NCBI RefSeq assembly: GCF_036365525.1
Contig: NC_090415.1
Span: 14,012,001 to 14,076,000 of the forward strand
Direction of reading: 5' to 3'
DNA length: 64,000 bases
Origin: Heterodontus francisci
Lineage: Eukaryota
Shown here: positions 1-13,323 of the stretch, piece after piece
Numbering within the stretch: the first letter of the stretch is position 1
Layout of the letters: every line of letters begins with the position of its first letter
The notes under the pieces: generated by a model
Seen by the model: the letters and a program-made list of their open reading frames with translations, nothing else
Told to the model about the DNA's origin: nothing
Database searches by the model: none
Made by a program: the position numbers and the translations under genes

Positions 1-316
1 GACGTAAATGTAGGGGAAATGATCAAGAAGCTTACAGACGACACAAAAATTGGTCGTGTGATAGAAAGCGAGGAGGATTGCTGTAGGCTGCAGGAAGATA
101 TTGATGCTCTGGACATATGGGCAAAAAAAATGACAAATGGAATAAAATTCGGATAAGTGTGAGGCGATGCATTTTGGGAGGTCAAACAATGCAAAGGAAT
201 ACATGATTAATGGGAATATACTGAGTTGTGTAGAGAATGTGAGGGACCTTGGAGTAAATGTCCACTGACCCAGAAGGTAGGAGGACAGGTCTACAAGGTG
301 GTTAAGAAGTCATGTA
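1..316 (+). mobile_element. Decayed CR1 LINE ORF2 (RT) fragment; appears to resume at about 1436-1710 and 5550-5770
   Basis: Reads as degenerate KLTDDTKIG...KCEAMHFGRSN, typical of CR1 RT. Broken by later insertions. Confidence 0.8.
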
Positions 317-1435
317 ATTGCTTTCACATGCGTTCAAGTCCTTGGAAGAAGGAATTTTCCTCCACACAAGATCAGGGGGCAGGTTGTTCAACCTTGTCCG
401 TCGAAGAGCAAAGTCCAAAGTACGGAAAGTCCTCATCAGGGAACTCCTCTTTGCTGATGATGCTGCTTTAACATCTCATACTGAAAAGTGCCTGCAGAGT
501 CTCATCAACAGGTTTGTGGCTGCCTGCAATGAATTTGGCCTAACCATCAGCCTCAAGAAAACGAACATCATGGGGCAGGACGTCGGAAATGCTCCATCCA
601 TCAATATTGGCGACCACGCTCTCTAAGTGGTTCAAGAGTTCACCTACCAGGCTCAACTATCACCAGTAACCTGTCTCTAGATGCAGAAATCAACAAGCGC
701 ATGGGAAAGGCTTCCACTGCTATGTCCAGACTGGCCAAGTGAGTGTGGGAAAATGGCGCACTGACACGGAACACAAAAGTCCGAGTGTATCAGGCCTGTG
801 TCCTCAGTACCTTGCTCTATGGCAGCGAGGCCTGGACAACGTATGTCAGCCAAGAGCGACGTCTCAATTCATTCCATCTTCGCTGCCTCCGGAGAATACT
901 TGGCATCAGGTGGCAGGACCGTATCTCCAACACAGAAGTCCTCGAGGCGACCAACATCCCCAGCTTATACACACAACTGAGTCAGCGGCGCCTGAGATGG
1001 CTTGGCCATGTGAGCTGCATGGAAGATGGCAGGATCCCCAAAGACACATTGTACAGCGAGCTCGCCACTGGTATCAGACCCATCAGCCGTCCATGTCTCC
1101 GCTTTAAAGACGTCTGCAAACGCGACATGAAATCCTGTGACATTGATCACAAGTGGTGGGAGACAGTTGCCAGCGTTCGCCAGAGCTGGTGGGCAGCCAT
1201 CAAGGCGGGGCTAAAGTGTGGCGAGTTCCTGCAGTTGGCAGGAAAAAAGTCAGAGGCACAAGGGAAGAGCCAACTGTGTAACAGCCCCGACAATCAATTT
1301 TTTCTGCAGCACCTGTGGAAGAGCCTGTCACTCTAGAATTGGCCTTTATAGCCACTCCAGGCGCTGCTCCACACACCACTGACCACCTCCAGGCACTTAC
1401 CCATTGTCTGTCGAGATAAGGAAGCCAAAGGAGAA
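317..1435 (+). mobile_element. RTE-clade LINE, 5'-truncated 3' fragment (RT and C-terminus)
   Basis: ORFs 318-626 (RELLFADDAAL, FGLTISLKKT) and 743-1336 (TLLYGSEAWT, RRLRWLGHV, DGRIPKDTLYSEL) are RTE/BovB-type motifs. Stop codons and frameshifts present. Confidence 0.88.
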
Positions 1436-1719
1436 TTGCATTATAGAGGGTACAGAGGAGATTTACAAGGATGTTGCCGGGACTGGAAAAAATGCAGCTA
1501 TGAGGAAAGATTGGGTGGGCTGGGACTGTTCCCCTTGGAACAGAGAATGGTAGATCTGATTGAAATGTATAACATTTTGAGAGGCCTGGATAGAGTGGAT
1601 GTCAAGGGCCTATTTACCTTCGCAGGGAGGTCAGTGACGAGGGGACAAAGACTTAAAGTGTTTGGTAGAAAGATTAGAGGGGAGACAAGGGAAAGTTTTC
1701 CCCACCTAGCAATGCAAAA

Positions 1720-2300
1720 CTGAGCATCCATGAGGCTCTGTGGGCCATTCGGATTAATGTGTACAGTACTGGTCTCCTTATTTAAGGAACGGTGTAATGC
1801 GTTGGAGGCAGCACAGAGAAGGTTTACTAGGCTAATGCCTGGAATGGACGGGCTGTCTTACGAGGAAGGATTGGACAAGCTAGGCTTGTATCCACTGGAA
1901 TTTAGAAGAGTAAGATGTGACTTGATTGAAACATATAAGATCCTGAGGGGCCTTGACAGGGTGGATGTGGAAAGGATGTTTCCCCTTGTGGGAGAATCTA
2001 TAACTAGGGGTCACTGTTTAAAAATCAGGGGTTGCAAATTTAAGACAGAGATAAGGAGATTTTTATTTTCTTTCGGAGGGTCGTGAGCCTTTGGAATTCT
2101 CATCCTCAAAAGGCGATATAAGCGGAGTCTTTGAATATTTTTAAGGCAGAGTAAATATTTTCTTCACGAGCAAGGGAGTGGAGGATTACCGGGGGGTGGT
2201 GGAAATGTGAAGTAATCAGTAGAGACAAAAACGTATTGAATGGCATGGCAGAGCAGGCTCGAAGGACCGAGTGGCCTACTCCTGATCATAATTCGTATGT
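1720..2300 (+). mobile_element. CR1 LINE 3' end
   Basis: ALEAAQRRFTRLMPG...LEFRRVRCDLIETYKIL...TRGH, followed by a CR1-type 3' UTR (gaatggc...cctactcctg). Confidence 0.85.
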
Positions 2301-2304
2301 TCGT

Positions 2305-5300
2305 ACATGAGGATCGAGTTACCAACAACAGTAGAATTGCACTCAACTGCAAACTGTAATTTCATGGCCCGGCATATCCCCCAGTCTACCATTACCATCA
2401 AGGTAGGTGACCAAACGTGGTTCAATGAAGGGTACAGCAGGGCATGCCTGGAGCAGCACCAGGCATACCTCAAAATGAGGTGTCAACCTGGGGAAGCTAC
2501 AATACAGGATTATTTGGGGGCCAAACTGCATAAGTAGCATGCGATAGACAGAGTCAAGTGATCTCAGAACCAACAGATCAGATTTAAGCTCTGCAGTCCT
2601 GTCACATCCAGCCATGAATGGTGGTGCACAATTAAAAGACTAACTGAAGGAGGTGGCTCCACAATTATCCCCATCTTCAATGATGAGGGAGCCCAACACA
2701 TCAGTGTGAAAGATAAGGTTAAAGCATTTGCAACAATCTTCGCTCGAGGTGCCAAGTTGATGATTCATCTCGGACTCCTCCTGAACGCATCAGCTATTTC
2801 GATTCACTCCGTGTGACATCAAGTAACGACTGCAGGCACTGGAGACTGCAAAGGCTCTGGGCTCCGACAATGTTCTGGCAATAGTTCTGAAGACCTGTTC
2901 TCCAGAACTTGATCTGCCCCTAGCCAAGTTGTTCCAGTACAGCTACAACATTGGCATGTACCTGACAATGTGGAATATTCCCCAAGTATGTCTTTGACAC
3001 CAAAAGCAGGTCATGTCCAAGCTGGACAATCAGCCTACTCTCAATCATCATAAAAGTGATGGAAGATTAGAATTAGAATTAGAATTAGAATTAGAATATT
3101 ACAGCGCAGTACAGGCCCTTCGGCCCTCGATGTTGCGCCGATCATCTGACCTACACTCTTCCATTTACATCCATATGTCTATCCAATGACCACTTAAATG
3201 CCCTTAAAGTTGGCGAGTCTACTACTGTTGCAGGCAGGGCGTTCCACGCCCCTACTACTCTCTGCGTAAAGAAACTACCTCTGACATCTGTCCTATATCT
3301 TTCACCCCTCAACTTAAAGCTATGTCCCCTCGTGTTTGCCATCCTCATCCGAGGAAAAAGACTCTCACTATCCACCCTATCTAACCCTCTGATTATCTTG
3401 TATGTCTCTATTAAGTCACCTCTCCTCCTCCTTCTCTCTAACGAAAACAACCCCAAGTCCCTCAGCCTTTCCTCGTAAGACCTTCCTTCCATACCAGGCA
3501 ACATCCTAGTAAATCTCCTCTGCACCCTTTCCAAAGCTTCGACATCCTTCCTATAATGCGGTGACCAGAACTGCACGCAATACTCCAGGTGCGGCCTCAC
3601 CAGAGTTTTGTACAGCTGCATCATGACCCCGTGGCTCTGAAACTCGATCCCCCTACTAATAAAGGCTAACACACCATATGCCTTCTTAACAGCCCTATTA
3701 ACCTGGGTAGCAACTTTCAGGGATTTATGTACCTGGATACCAAGATCTCTCTGCTCATCTACACTACCAAGAATCTTCCCATTAGCCCAGTACTCTGCAT
3801 TGCTGTTACTCCTTCCAAAGTGAATCACCTCACACTTCTCCGCATTAAACTCCATTTGCCATCTCTCAGCCCAGCTCTGCAGCCTATCTATGTCCCTCTG
3901 TACCCTACAACACCCTTCGACACTATCCACAACTCCACCGACCTTCGTGTCATCCGCAAATTTACTAACCCACCCTTCTACACCCTCATCCAGGTCGTTT
4001 ATAAAAATGACAAACAGCAGTGGCCCCAAAACAGAACCTTGCGGTACACCACTAGTAACTAAACTCCAGGATGAACATTTGCCATCAACCACCACCCTCT
4101 GTCTTCTTTCAGCTAGCCAATTTCTGATCCAAAGCTCTAAATCACCTTCAACCCCATACTTGCGTATTTTCTGCAATAGCCTACCGTGGGGAACCTTATC
4201 AAACGCCTTACTGAAATCCATATACACCATCAACAGTGCCATCAAACGGCACTTGCTTTGTAATAACCTGCTCAGTGATGCTCAGTTTGGGCGTGCCAGT
4301 GCCACTCAGCTCCTGACCAAATTACAGCCTTAGTTCAAACATGGACAAAAGAGCTGAACTCAAGAAGTGAAGAGAAAGTGACTGCCCTTGACATCAAGGC
4401 AGCATTTGACCGAGTATGGCATCAAAGAACCCTTGCAAAACTGGGGTCAATGGGAATCAGTGGGAAAACTCTCCGCTGGTTGGAGTCATACCTAGTGCAA
4501 AGGAAGATGGTTGTGGTTGTTCGAGGTCAATCATCTCAGCTCCAGGACTTCACTGCAGGAGTTCCTCAGGGTAATGTCCTCGGCCCAACCATCTTCAGCT
4601 GCTTCATCAATGACCTTCCTTCAATCATAACGTCAGAAGTGGGGATGTTCACTGATGATTCTCCAATGTTCAGCATGATTTGTGACACCTCAGCTACTGA
4701 AGCAATCCGTGTCGAAATGCAGCAAGACCTGGACATTATCCAGGCTTGTGCTGATAAGTGGCAAGTAACATTCGTGCCACACAAGTGCCAGGCAACTACC
4801 ATCTCCAACAAGAGAGAATCTAACCATCTCCCCTTAACATTCAATGGCAATTAGCATCGCTGAATCCCCCACTATCAATATCCTAGGGTCTACCATTGAC
4901 CAGAAACTGAACTGGAGTAGCGATATAAATACCGTGGCTACAAGAGCAGATCAGAGGATAGGAATCCTGCGACAAGCAAATAACCTGCTGACTCCCCAAA
5001 GCCTGTCCACCATGTACAAGGCAGAAGTCTGGAGTGTGATGGAATACTCTCCACTTGCCTGGATGTGTGCAGCTCCAGCAACACTCAAGAAGCTCGACAG
5101 CATCCAGAACAAAGCAGCCCACTTGATTGCAACCCCATGCACAAACATTCACTCCCGCCACCACCGGCACACAGCAGAGCAGTGTGTAACATTTACAATA
5201 TGCACTGCAGCAAAGAACCAAGGCTCTTTAGACAGCACTTTCCAAACCCGCGACCTCAACCAACTAGAATCTCAAGGGCAGCTGATGCATGGGAACACCA

Positions 5301-5545
5301 CCACCTGCAAGTTCCGCTCCAAGTCACACACCATACTGACTTAGAATTATATTGTTGTTCATTCACTGTCGCTGTGTCAAAATCCTGGAACTCCCTTCCT
5401 AACAGCACTGTGGCTGTACCTACCTCACATGGAGTGCAGCAGTTCAAGAAGCCATTTCACCACAACCTCCTCAAGGGCAGTGAGGGATGGGCAATAAATG
5501 CTGGCCGAGCCAGCAACACCCACATCATATGAATGAATTTGAAAA
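2305..5545 (+). mobile_element. CR1/L2-group LINE of a second family (RT), interrupted at 3067-4227
   Basis: ALDIKAAFDRVWH, GVPQGNVLGPTIFSCFINDL, FTDD, SVMEYSPLAW. Ends in an atgaatgaat/A-rich tail. Confidence 0.8.
3067..4227 (-). mobile_element. Young 5'-truncated CR1/HER1-type LINE with uninterrupted RT frame and (TTCTAA)n tail
   Basis: ORF 3151-4245(-): [44 protein letters not shown]. (ttagaa)x5 at about 3068-3097 marks the 3' tail. Confidence 0.93.
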
Positions 5546-7129
5546 AAAGTGTGGCGGTGTTCTGGAACTCACTACCTGAAAGGGTAGTTGAGGCATAAAC
5601 CTTCAACTCATACAAAAGAGGTCTGGATATGCATCTCAAGTGCCGTAATCTGCGGGTTACGGACCAAATGCTGGCAGCTGGGATTAGAATAGGTGGAATT
5701 CTTTTCGGCTGGCACAGACACGATGGTCCAAGTGGCTTCTTTCTGTGCCATAATATTTCGATGCTTCTGTGATTCTAAGTGAATACATATCTCTCTATCT
5801 CACCATCCTCCAAGCCTCTCCCCCAATCCAGATCTTTCTCTCTCTCTCTGCCTTTTTTTCGCTATTGATGCTGTCTCTCTCCCTCTGCCTTTGGTGCTGT
5901 ATCTATGTTGGAGATACAGTTACTGAGTGTTATATGTATGCATTCAATTGTAGAACTGATAGTCTCTCTCTCTGAATATTCAGGTGAAGGTGAAATACTG
6001 TTATTCAGTGTGAAAGGGACACACAGTTGGAAATTGTAAGACTGAAACGGTCTGTCTCCCTCCCTCTCTCACCCCTCACTCTCTTTCACTCTCCTTTTCT
6101 CTGTCGCTCTGTTGTTGTATATGAAAGAGGAATGAAGTTATTGAGCGTGTTATGGACACGCTGAAGAGACGTACGGTATTGGAACAGTGAACACGCCACC
6201 AATGCCGCAGGTGAGACGGTCACTGTCACTTCTCCGCTCGTATGTTCGAATCTGACGGTGTATTTATCCATCTTCAGTCCTGAATCTAAGCACGGAGAGA
6301 ACCAGCCTGTCACTGCCTGGAACAAAATAAAAACACTGTGTATGAATGTGGGATTATTGTGCAACTGGACGTCTCTCCTTGAAAATGGGATGTCTAGGAC
6401 ACCTAGAAAAAAATATGGATGGAATGTAGGGACAGACAGGGCATAATTTGTATTTTCACCGTCAGGAAACATGCTTGTGTGTGATCAATATAATAACATC
6501 AAAGCCGACAATGGTTTGAACACATTCAAAGCTGTGATTGGCTCTTGACGCCAAATCTGGGAAACAGACAACATTCGCAGCGCCAGTCTCCGAGTGTTTG
6601 TCACTTACTGAGTCCAGAAAATACAAATACCCACCGTGAATCCGCAGCACAGGCCGAAAGGAGAGGAAATCCTGTCCTGGAAACGCTAAATTTAACGAAC
6701 ATTTCGGCCTGAGATTGTGTGGATGTGAATATTGTGGAAGAGAGTGTATTAAAGGGGCGGGCGCGTTAGTCTAATGCGACTGTGTTTGTGGGTCTGGTCT
6801 CATCGCCGGATTTCCGAATCCCTCTTGTGTAAAATAACAAGATTCTTCAGTCAAAGAAGCACTTTGCTCCCCTTCTAATCCTCAAAGTGGGAATTCAGTG
6901 TTGTTTGTTTGTTGATTTCAAGATTTTAGTCGAAAAGTATGGAACATGTCAGCGATCGGCTGAGAGAGTCATCAGTGCAGCAATGAAACGGGTTTCAGTC
7001 GAAAATGGAGTCTTTACTTCAAGTGAAACCTTTGCGACAGCAAACATTCTGATGTCAGAGACAGGAAGGATCTAGCCTGGGACTCTGGAATACCCGAATT
7101 TCAGTGGAATTGGAGAGTTTAGGACCAGA

Positions 7130-7206
7130 GAGAAACACAGAGAGGCAGCAGGAGCCGGGAGCTGACAGCAGGTTGTCTCCGCCCCGTCCGCTCGCTGCCT
7201 TTAAGT
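7130..7206 (+). promoter_or_regulatory. H1 promoter: H1/AC box, GC box, TATA-like element
   Basis: AAACACA at 7133-7139, CCGCCCC at about 7179, TTTAAG at about 7200, all upstream of the H1 ATG. Confidence 0.6.
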
Positions 7207-7283
7207 TGCTCAGTGCCGCCACCACCAGCTTCATTTCTGACCCAGTTCTGACTGACAGAGAGACTTTGTGCAGAGTCCTGGAC

Positions 7284-7967
7284 ATGACCGATACTGCAGC
7301 CGCCGAAACGGCTCCTCCAGCCGCCGCCGCTCAAGTCAAGACTCCTAAGAAGAAGAAGGCGGCTCCTCGGAAAGGGTCAGGCGGTCCCAAGTTGGGCGAG
7401 CTGATCCTCAAGACTGTGGCGGAATGCAGTGTCCGCAGTGGGATGTCACTGCAGGCAATAAAGAAGGCTCTGCGTGTTAAAGGTGTCGATGTGGAGAAGA
7501 GCAAGTTCCCAATCAAGCAAAGTATCAAGCGGCTTGTGGCGAAAGACTTCCTGGTGCAGACGAAGGGCACGGGGGCCTCCGGCACCTTCAAAATCGCGAA
7601 ACAGGAAAAGAAGGGAAATGTGGTGAAGAAGATTAAGACAGGAGCAGCCAAGAGATCTTTAGTGAAGAAAACAGCTGCCAAGAAACTGATAACAAAGAAA
7701 ACAGCCAAGAAATCCCCAGGGAAGAAAATAGTCGCCAAGAAAGTGAGCAGCAAGAAGACAGCAGCCAAGAAAGTGAGCACCAAGAAGGCGGCAACGCCAA
7801 AGAAGGCGGTAAAGAAAGCAACGCTTCCAAAAAAATCTCCAGCGAAGAATGCCAAAAAAGCCAAGAGGGCCACGGGCGGAAAGCCGCCCAAGAAAGTTCA
7901 ATCATCAAGGGGCGGGAAGAAGCCGAAAGCAGCAAAGGCTCAGAAAGCAGCCCCTGGAAAGAAGTGA
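7284..7967 (+). CDS. H1: Histone H1 (227 aa), replication-dependent type with divergent globular domain
   Basis: MTDTAAAETAP start, winged-helix core (…LVQTKGTGASGTFK), Lys/Ala/Pro-rich tail with SPGK/TPKK/SPAK motifs. The start is taken as ATG 7284 rather than the ORF-track start at 7104. Confidence 0.96.
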   Translation: MTDTAAAETAPPAAAAQVKTPKKKKAAPRKGSGGPKLGELILKTVAECSVRSGMSLQAIKKALRVKGVDVEKSKFPIKQSIKRLVAKDFLVQTKGTGASGTFKIAKQEKKGNVVKKIKTGAAKRSLVKKTAAKKLITKKTAKKSPGKKIVAKKVSSKKTAAKKVSTKKAATPKKAVKKATLPKKSPAKNAKKAKRATGGKPPKKVQSSRGGKKPKAAKAQKAAPGKK

Positions 7968-8003
7968 AACAGCACGGGAAACTTGTAGACATCTGAACCC
8001 AAA

Positions 8004-8046
8004 GGCTCTTTTCAGAGCCACCCACGTCTCTCAGGAAAGAGCTGAT
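8004..8046 (+). promoter_or_regulatory. Histone 3' stem-loop and HDE (H1)
   Basis: GGCTCTTTTCAGAGCC at 8004-8019 plus ACCCA, then AAAGAGCTG. Confidence 0.95.
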
Positions 8047-8644
8047 CCCCGATCAAATGATCCCTGCCCCGCAGTCGTGTGCACATTTCACCTAGAAATG
8101 ATTTGAAGTAAATCCAGGTTCCCTGGTGACTCTCAACCCAGCCCTTCCTCACTCTCTGGAACAAATCAGGGATGTTCGGGCCTTACTGTAACCGGGTATA
8201 TGTTCGGTGAAGTCTCAGTTCATGCTCGTTTCAGGGTGACAGCCTGTAACACAGTAACACGGGCGAGAAACCCCGCGTCACATCTCAAACCCCAATACAT
8301 GATTTTGCATAATTCAGCTGGGGTTCGGTTTCAGTAAACTGCTGAATCCGTCTGGGAGGAGAGGTGTGCCGAAACAGGTTGACTTGTGATCGGAAGCACT
8401 GCACTTAGGCTTGTATATTACTAACTTTTATTTGTTCCAGATCCGTATTTAGACCGCCGGTTTTTGTTATCATTGGCGATAAAGGCCGAATCTCCATGTT
8501 TTATGCTGAGCTCTTATGTCGAGAACTGTTTTTTCTTGAATTGGTGGTTCGAGCAAGTGGGAGGCGGAGCGAGAGGATCAAAGACATTTCTCTGCTTTGT
8601 CTGTCACTCAGTTTCCTCCAGACCCGCCTCTGGCTCTCTGTCCC

Positions 8645-8677
8645 TTTCACAGTCAGGTCGGGGCAGGCTGTATAAAA
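8645..8677 (+). promoter_or_regulatory. H4 promoter: site II-like GGTC element and TATA box
   Basis: TTCACAGTCAGGTCG followed by TATAAAA at 8671-8677. Confidence 0.6.
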
Positions 8678-8723
8678 AGGCAGCAGAAACTGCTTGTTTC
8701 TCATTCAGAATCGGTTTGTCTGA

Positions 8724-9044
<321 letters not shown>

Positions 9045-9074
9045 ACAAATCCACCCTTTCTACCAAAAACAAAA

Positions 9075-9095
9075 GGCTCTTATAAGAGCCACCCA
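9075..9095 (+). promoter_or_regulatory. Histone 3' stem-loop (H4), loop UAUA
   Basis: GGCTCT-TATA-AGAGCC-ACCCA. Confidence 0.9.
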
Positions 9096-9595
9096 AAACC
9101 TCATATAGAGATAAGTGACCTTGAAACTGCAGCGGGGATGTCTTGGGATGTGAAATTGTTGTAGCTCATCCAATGTTATGTGGACTTTATCAGATCAGTA
9201 TTGCATTCTCTTATAGTCACTTTCCGTGTCACACATTTTTTCACTGTCTTCTTCTGTTCCATGTTTAATAACCGCGTCATGAATTAAAAGGTTGCAGTTG
9301 ATAATGTCCATTGCCGACCTGAACTGCCGGTAAAGATGTAGAAAAGGATTTACTCCCGTTGAGTCAGAAATGGCCGGAGCTTTGTTCCCGCCAGAGACCG
9401 AACAAGGAATAAACCCCTATTCAAACCGTGTTGGAAGACACAGTGGGGGATCTAGGGCGGAAAAAAATTATGCTAAAAGCACTGAGATTTTATAATCGTT
9501 CCCGCCAAATTAGATTTACTTTAATCTTTGCGTCGTTTATAATTTGAAAATGGCGGGCTTTTTGAAATTGATTCAATTTCAGTTGCAGTTCAACC

Positions 9596-10575
9596 GGATG
9601 TTGCCGGGACTGGAAAAAATGCAGCTATGAGGAAAGATTGAATGGGCCGTGGTTGTTCTCTGTGGCACAGAGAATGCTGAGGAGAGATCTGATTGAATTG
9701 GATAACATTTTGAGAGGCCTGGCTAGAGTGCAGGTGAAGGGCCAATTTACCTTAATACAGAGGTCACTGACTAGGGGTCAAAGACTTAAAGCGTTTGGTA
9801 GAATGATTAGAGGGAAGATGAGGACAAGGTTTTTTTTCCCTCTCATCTAGAGGATGGTGGGGGTCTGGAACTCAATGTCTGAAAGGGTAGTTGAGGCAGA
9901 AATCTTCAAATGATTCAAAAGAAGTCTGGATATGCACCTCAAGTGCATATTCTACAGGATTACAGACCAAATGCTGGCAGGTGGGATTAGAATGGGTGGC
10001 GAGCTTTCCGGCTGGCACAGACACGATGGTCCAAGTGGCTTCTTTCTGTGCCATAAACTTTCAATGATTTTCAGAAAAGAGAAGGCTGAGGGGGGACATG
10101 ATTGAGGGATCCAAAATTATGAAGGTCATTGATAGGTTAGACAGGAGGAAACTTTTTGTTTTCCCTCAGCGGAGGCATCAATAAGTAGGTAAGGGGCAGG
10201 AGGTTTAATGGAGATGTGAGGGGGAAAGAAACACTCATCATGTGGTTGGAATCTGGAACACACTGCCTGAATAGGTGGCAGAGGCAGGAACCCTCACAAC
10301 ATTTAAGAGGTATTTCGATGAGCACTTGAAACGCCATAGCATACAAGAATACGGGTCAAGTGCTGGAAAATGGGATTAGAATAGTTAGATGCTTGAAGAA
10401 ATACTTGCAGGTTTATAGGTAAATTGCCCCCAGTGTAGGTAGATGGTAGGAGAATGGTGGGGATGCCGTAGGGAATATGGGATGAATGTAGGATTAGTAT
10501 AAATGGGTGGTTGTTGGTCGGCACAGACTCGGTGGGCCGAAGGGCCTGTTTCTGTGCTGTGTAACTCCATGATTC
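9596..10575 (+). mobile_element. CR1 3' fragments plus a partial V-SINE between H4 and H3
   Basis: ggatgttgccgggactgg...gaggaaagattg and CR1 3' UTRs, then the SINE tail ggattagtataaatgggtgg...gggccgaagggcctg. Confidence 0.8.
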
Positions 10576-10860
10576 GATGTTTAGTTATCGCGTCATGAAT
10601 TGAACGGTTGCATTTGATAAAGTCCATTGACGACCTAAACTGCCGGTGAAGATGATGGATTTATTCCCGTTCGAGTAAGCAATGACCGGAGCTTTATTCC
10701 CGCCTGAGACCGAACAAGGAATGAACCCCAATTCAAACCGTGTTGGAAGAAACGGAGGTGGAATCGAGGGCCGAAAGATGAAGCTCCAAGCAATGAGATT
10801 TTATAATTGTTCCCGCCGAATTCGGTTTTATTTAATCTTTGAGTCGTTTGCTAATTTGAA

Positions 10861-11025
10861 ATTGGCGGGCTTTTTGAAATTGATGAAATTTCAGTTGCAG
10901 CTCAGCCAATCAGGGAGCAGCAATTCCCACCGCCCTTTTCCATCCCAGACATTGTGTCAAATTGGATGATGGACGGTGCTTCATCCAATCACAACATTAG
11001 GGCGGTCCTTCGACTGTCTTAAATA
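10861..11025 (+). promoter_or_regulatory. H3 promoter: CDE/CHR-like element, two CCAAT boxes, TATA-like element
   Basis: GGCGG-gctt-TTTGAA at 10864-10878, CCAAT at 10906 and 10985, TTAAATA at 11019. Confidence 0.65.
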
Positions 11026-11080
11026 GGCAGTCCCTGAGCAGCTTCAGCATTAAACACGACATTGTGTAAGGTCTCCGTAG

Positions 11081-11494
<414 letters not shown>

Positions 11495-11537
11495 ACTGAC
11501 CCTGCCCTGAACTGAGTTCGGCATCAAATACCACAAC

Positions 11538-11580
11538 GGCTCTTTTAAGAGCCACCAAATCGACAAAAGAAAGAGTTGTG
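11538..11580 (+). promoter_or_regulatory. Histone 3' stem-loop and HDE (H3)
   Basis: GGCTCTTTTAAGAGCC at 11538-11553, then AAAGAAAGAGTTG. Confidence 0.95.
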
Positions 11581-11971
11581 ATCTCTTGTTCATTCCAGCA
11601 CATAAACGTCTCAGAAGGATTTGACCACTTATTTACTCAAAGCCGGGAGACACAAATACTTTTGTCTGCATCCGGCAGCTGGAGATTTCATGACGTGTCA
11701 GTTGTAAGATCGAGAGTAGCGATACCAATGTGCACAGCGCATTTTAATAGACCGGCGATCATTTTAGGACTGAACAAATGTTTGTGGTACATAAAGGGTA
11801 GAATGGTAAAAGTGCCTTTCTAATAGGGTCTGAGGGAATGAGAATGTATTTCATCTGATGAGCAACTAAATGCCAAAATCCAGTACACTTCATTCCAACA
11901 CAAAACAATGATAACAGTGTAATATTACAGTCTCTCAGACAGTAACCAGCCCTTTCACAGATAAAGTGGGT

Positions 11972-11987
11972 GGCTCTGAAAAGAGCC
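11972..11987 (-). promoter_or_regulatory. Histone 3' stem-loop (H2A left)
   Basis: Reverse complement GGCTCTTTTCAGAGCC plus ACCCA, with GAAAGGGCTG downstream. Confidence 0.95.
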
Positions 11988-12017
11988 TTTGGGTTCACAG
12001 ATTCAAGTCAGGCCGCT

Positions 12018-12527
<510 letters not shown>

Positions 12528-13268
12528 TCATTGTACTGTATATGTAACCAATCAGAGAGCTGCTCAATTCACCAATCACAAGAAGACAGTGAGTTGAGAG
12601 CGGAAAATAAGAGCGCGAAATGGTCAGGCTCCCAACGATATTTCACATTTGAAAAGCCCGCCAATATATTTGTAAAACAAGGAGCGGCTTCAATATAAAA
12701 TATCACATTTATAGGTTATATTGTTTTGCAGAAAACATTGCAAAAACGTTTTCATTTTTTTATTCCACATTTTGTCCCAGATTCGCTTTTGTAATCCGCC
12801 ATGTATTCTGCTTTATTCTTTTTCATGATACAGTCTAACCAGCGGCTGAAAGACTCATTCACAGTATTTTGTAACCGGACACATTTCAGGTCAATCTTCG
12901 TAATTATACTGTCTCACTGATTCTAGATTGATCCCTTTTCGTGGGAGACAAAAGCGGAGTATAGATTTTCAGTGTCACGGGTTAGAGACTGAGGGTGCCT
13001 AAACCAACGGGGTTTCTTAATGTGCTTATTCGTAAAGATAGCCAAACTTCAACACGGCAACCAAGTAACTGAGAACATCTTTAAATCATGCGTTAAATCA
13101 GCTTTCATTTTCGAAATATAGCAAAGGGGCCGAATGAATCTGCATTAACCTGAACTGATTTAAACAGAGAATACAACCAACATCAAAAATTTGCAAAGTA
13201 TTCATATTAACAGAAAAAAAATTCGATAATCATGATGATGTTGTAGCTATTTCAGAGAAGTTGTGGGT

Positions 13269-13284
13269 GGCTCTTAAAAGAGCC
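13269..13284 (-). promoter_or_regulatory. Histone 3' stem-loop (H2B left)
   Basis: Reverse complement GGCTCTTTTAAGAGCC plus ACCCA. Confidence 0.95.
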
Positions 13285-13323
13285 TTTTTGTGTTTCGGGT
13301 GTGTTTCAGTACATTGCGGATAT

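Noticed and set aside
3151-4245. Host reverse-transcriptase gene or autonomous LINE
   Set aside because: 5'-truncated insertion lacking ORF1 and endonuclease; its first codons come from flanking DNA.
7104-7283. 60-aa N-terminal extension of H1; likewise the upstream extensions of H2A (12521, 62259) and H2B (13716, 60955)
   Set aside because: The extensions mostly start at non-ATG codons and run through promoter or 5' UTR sequence. The internal ATGs give normal histone lengths.
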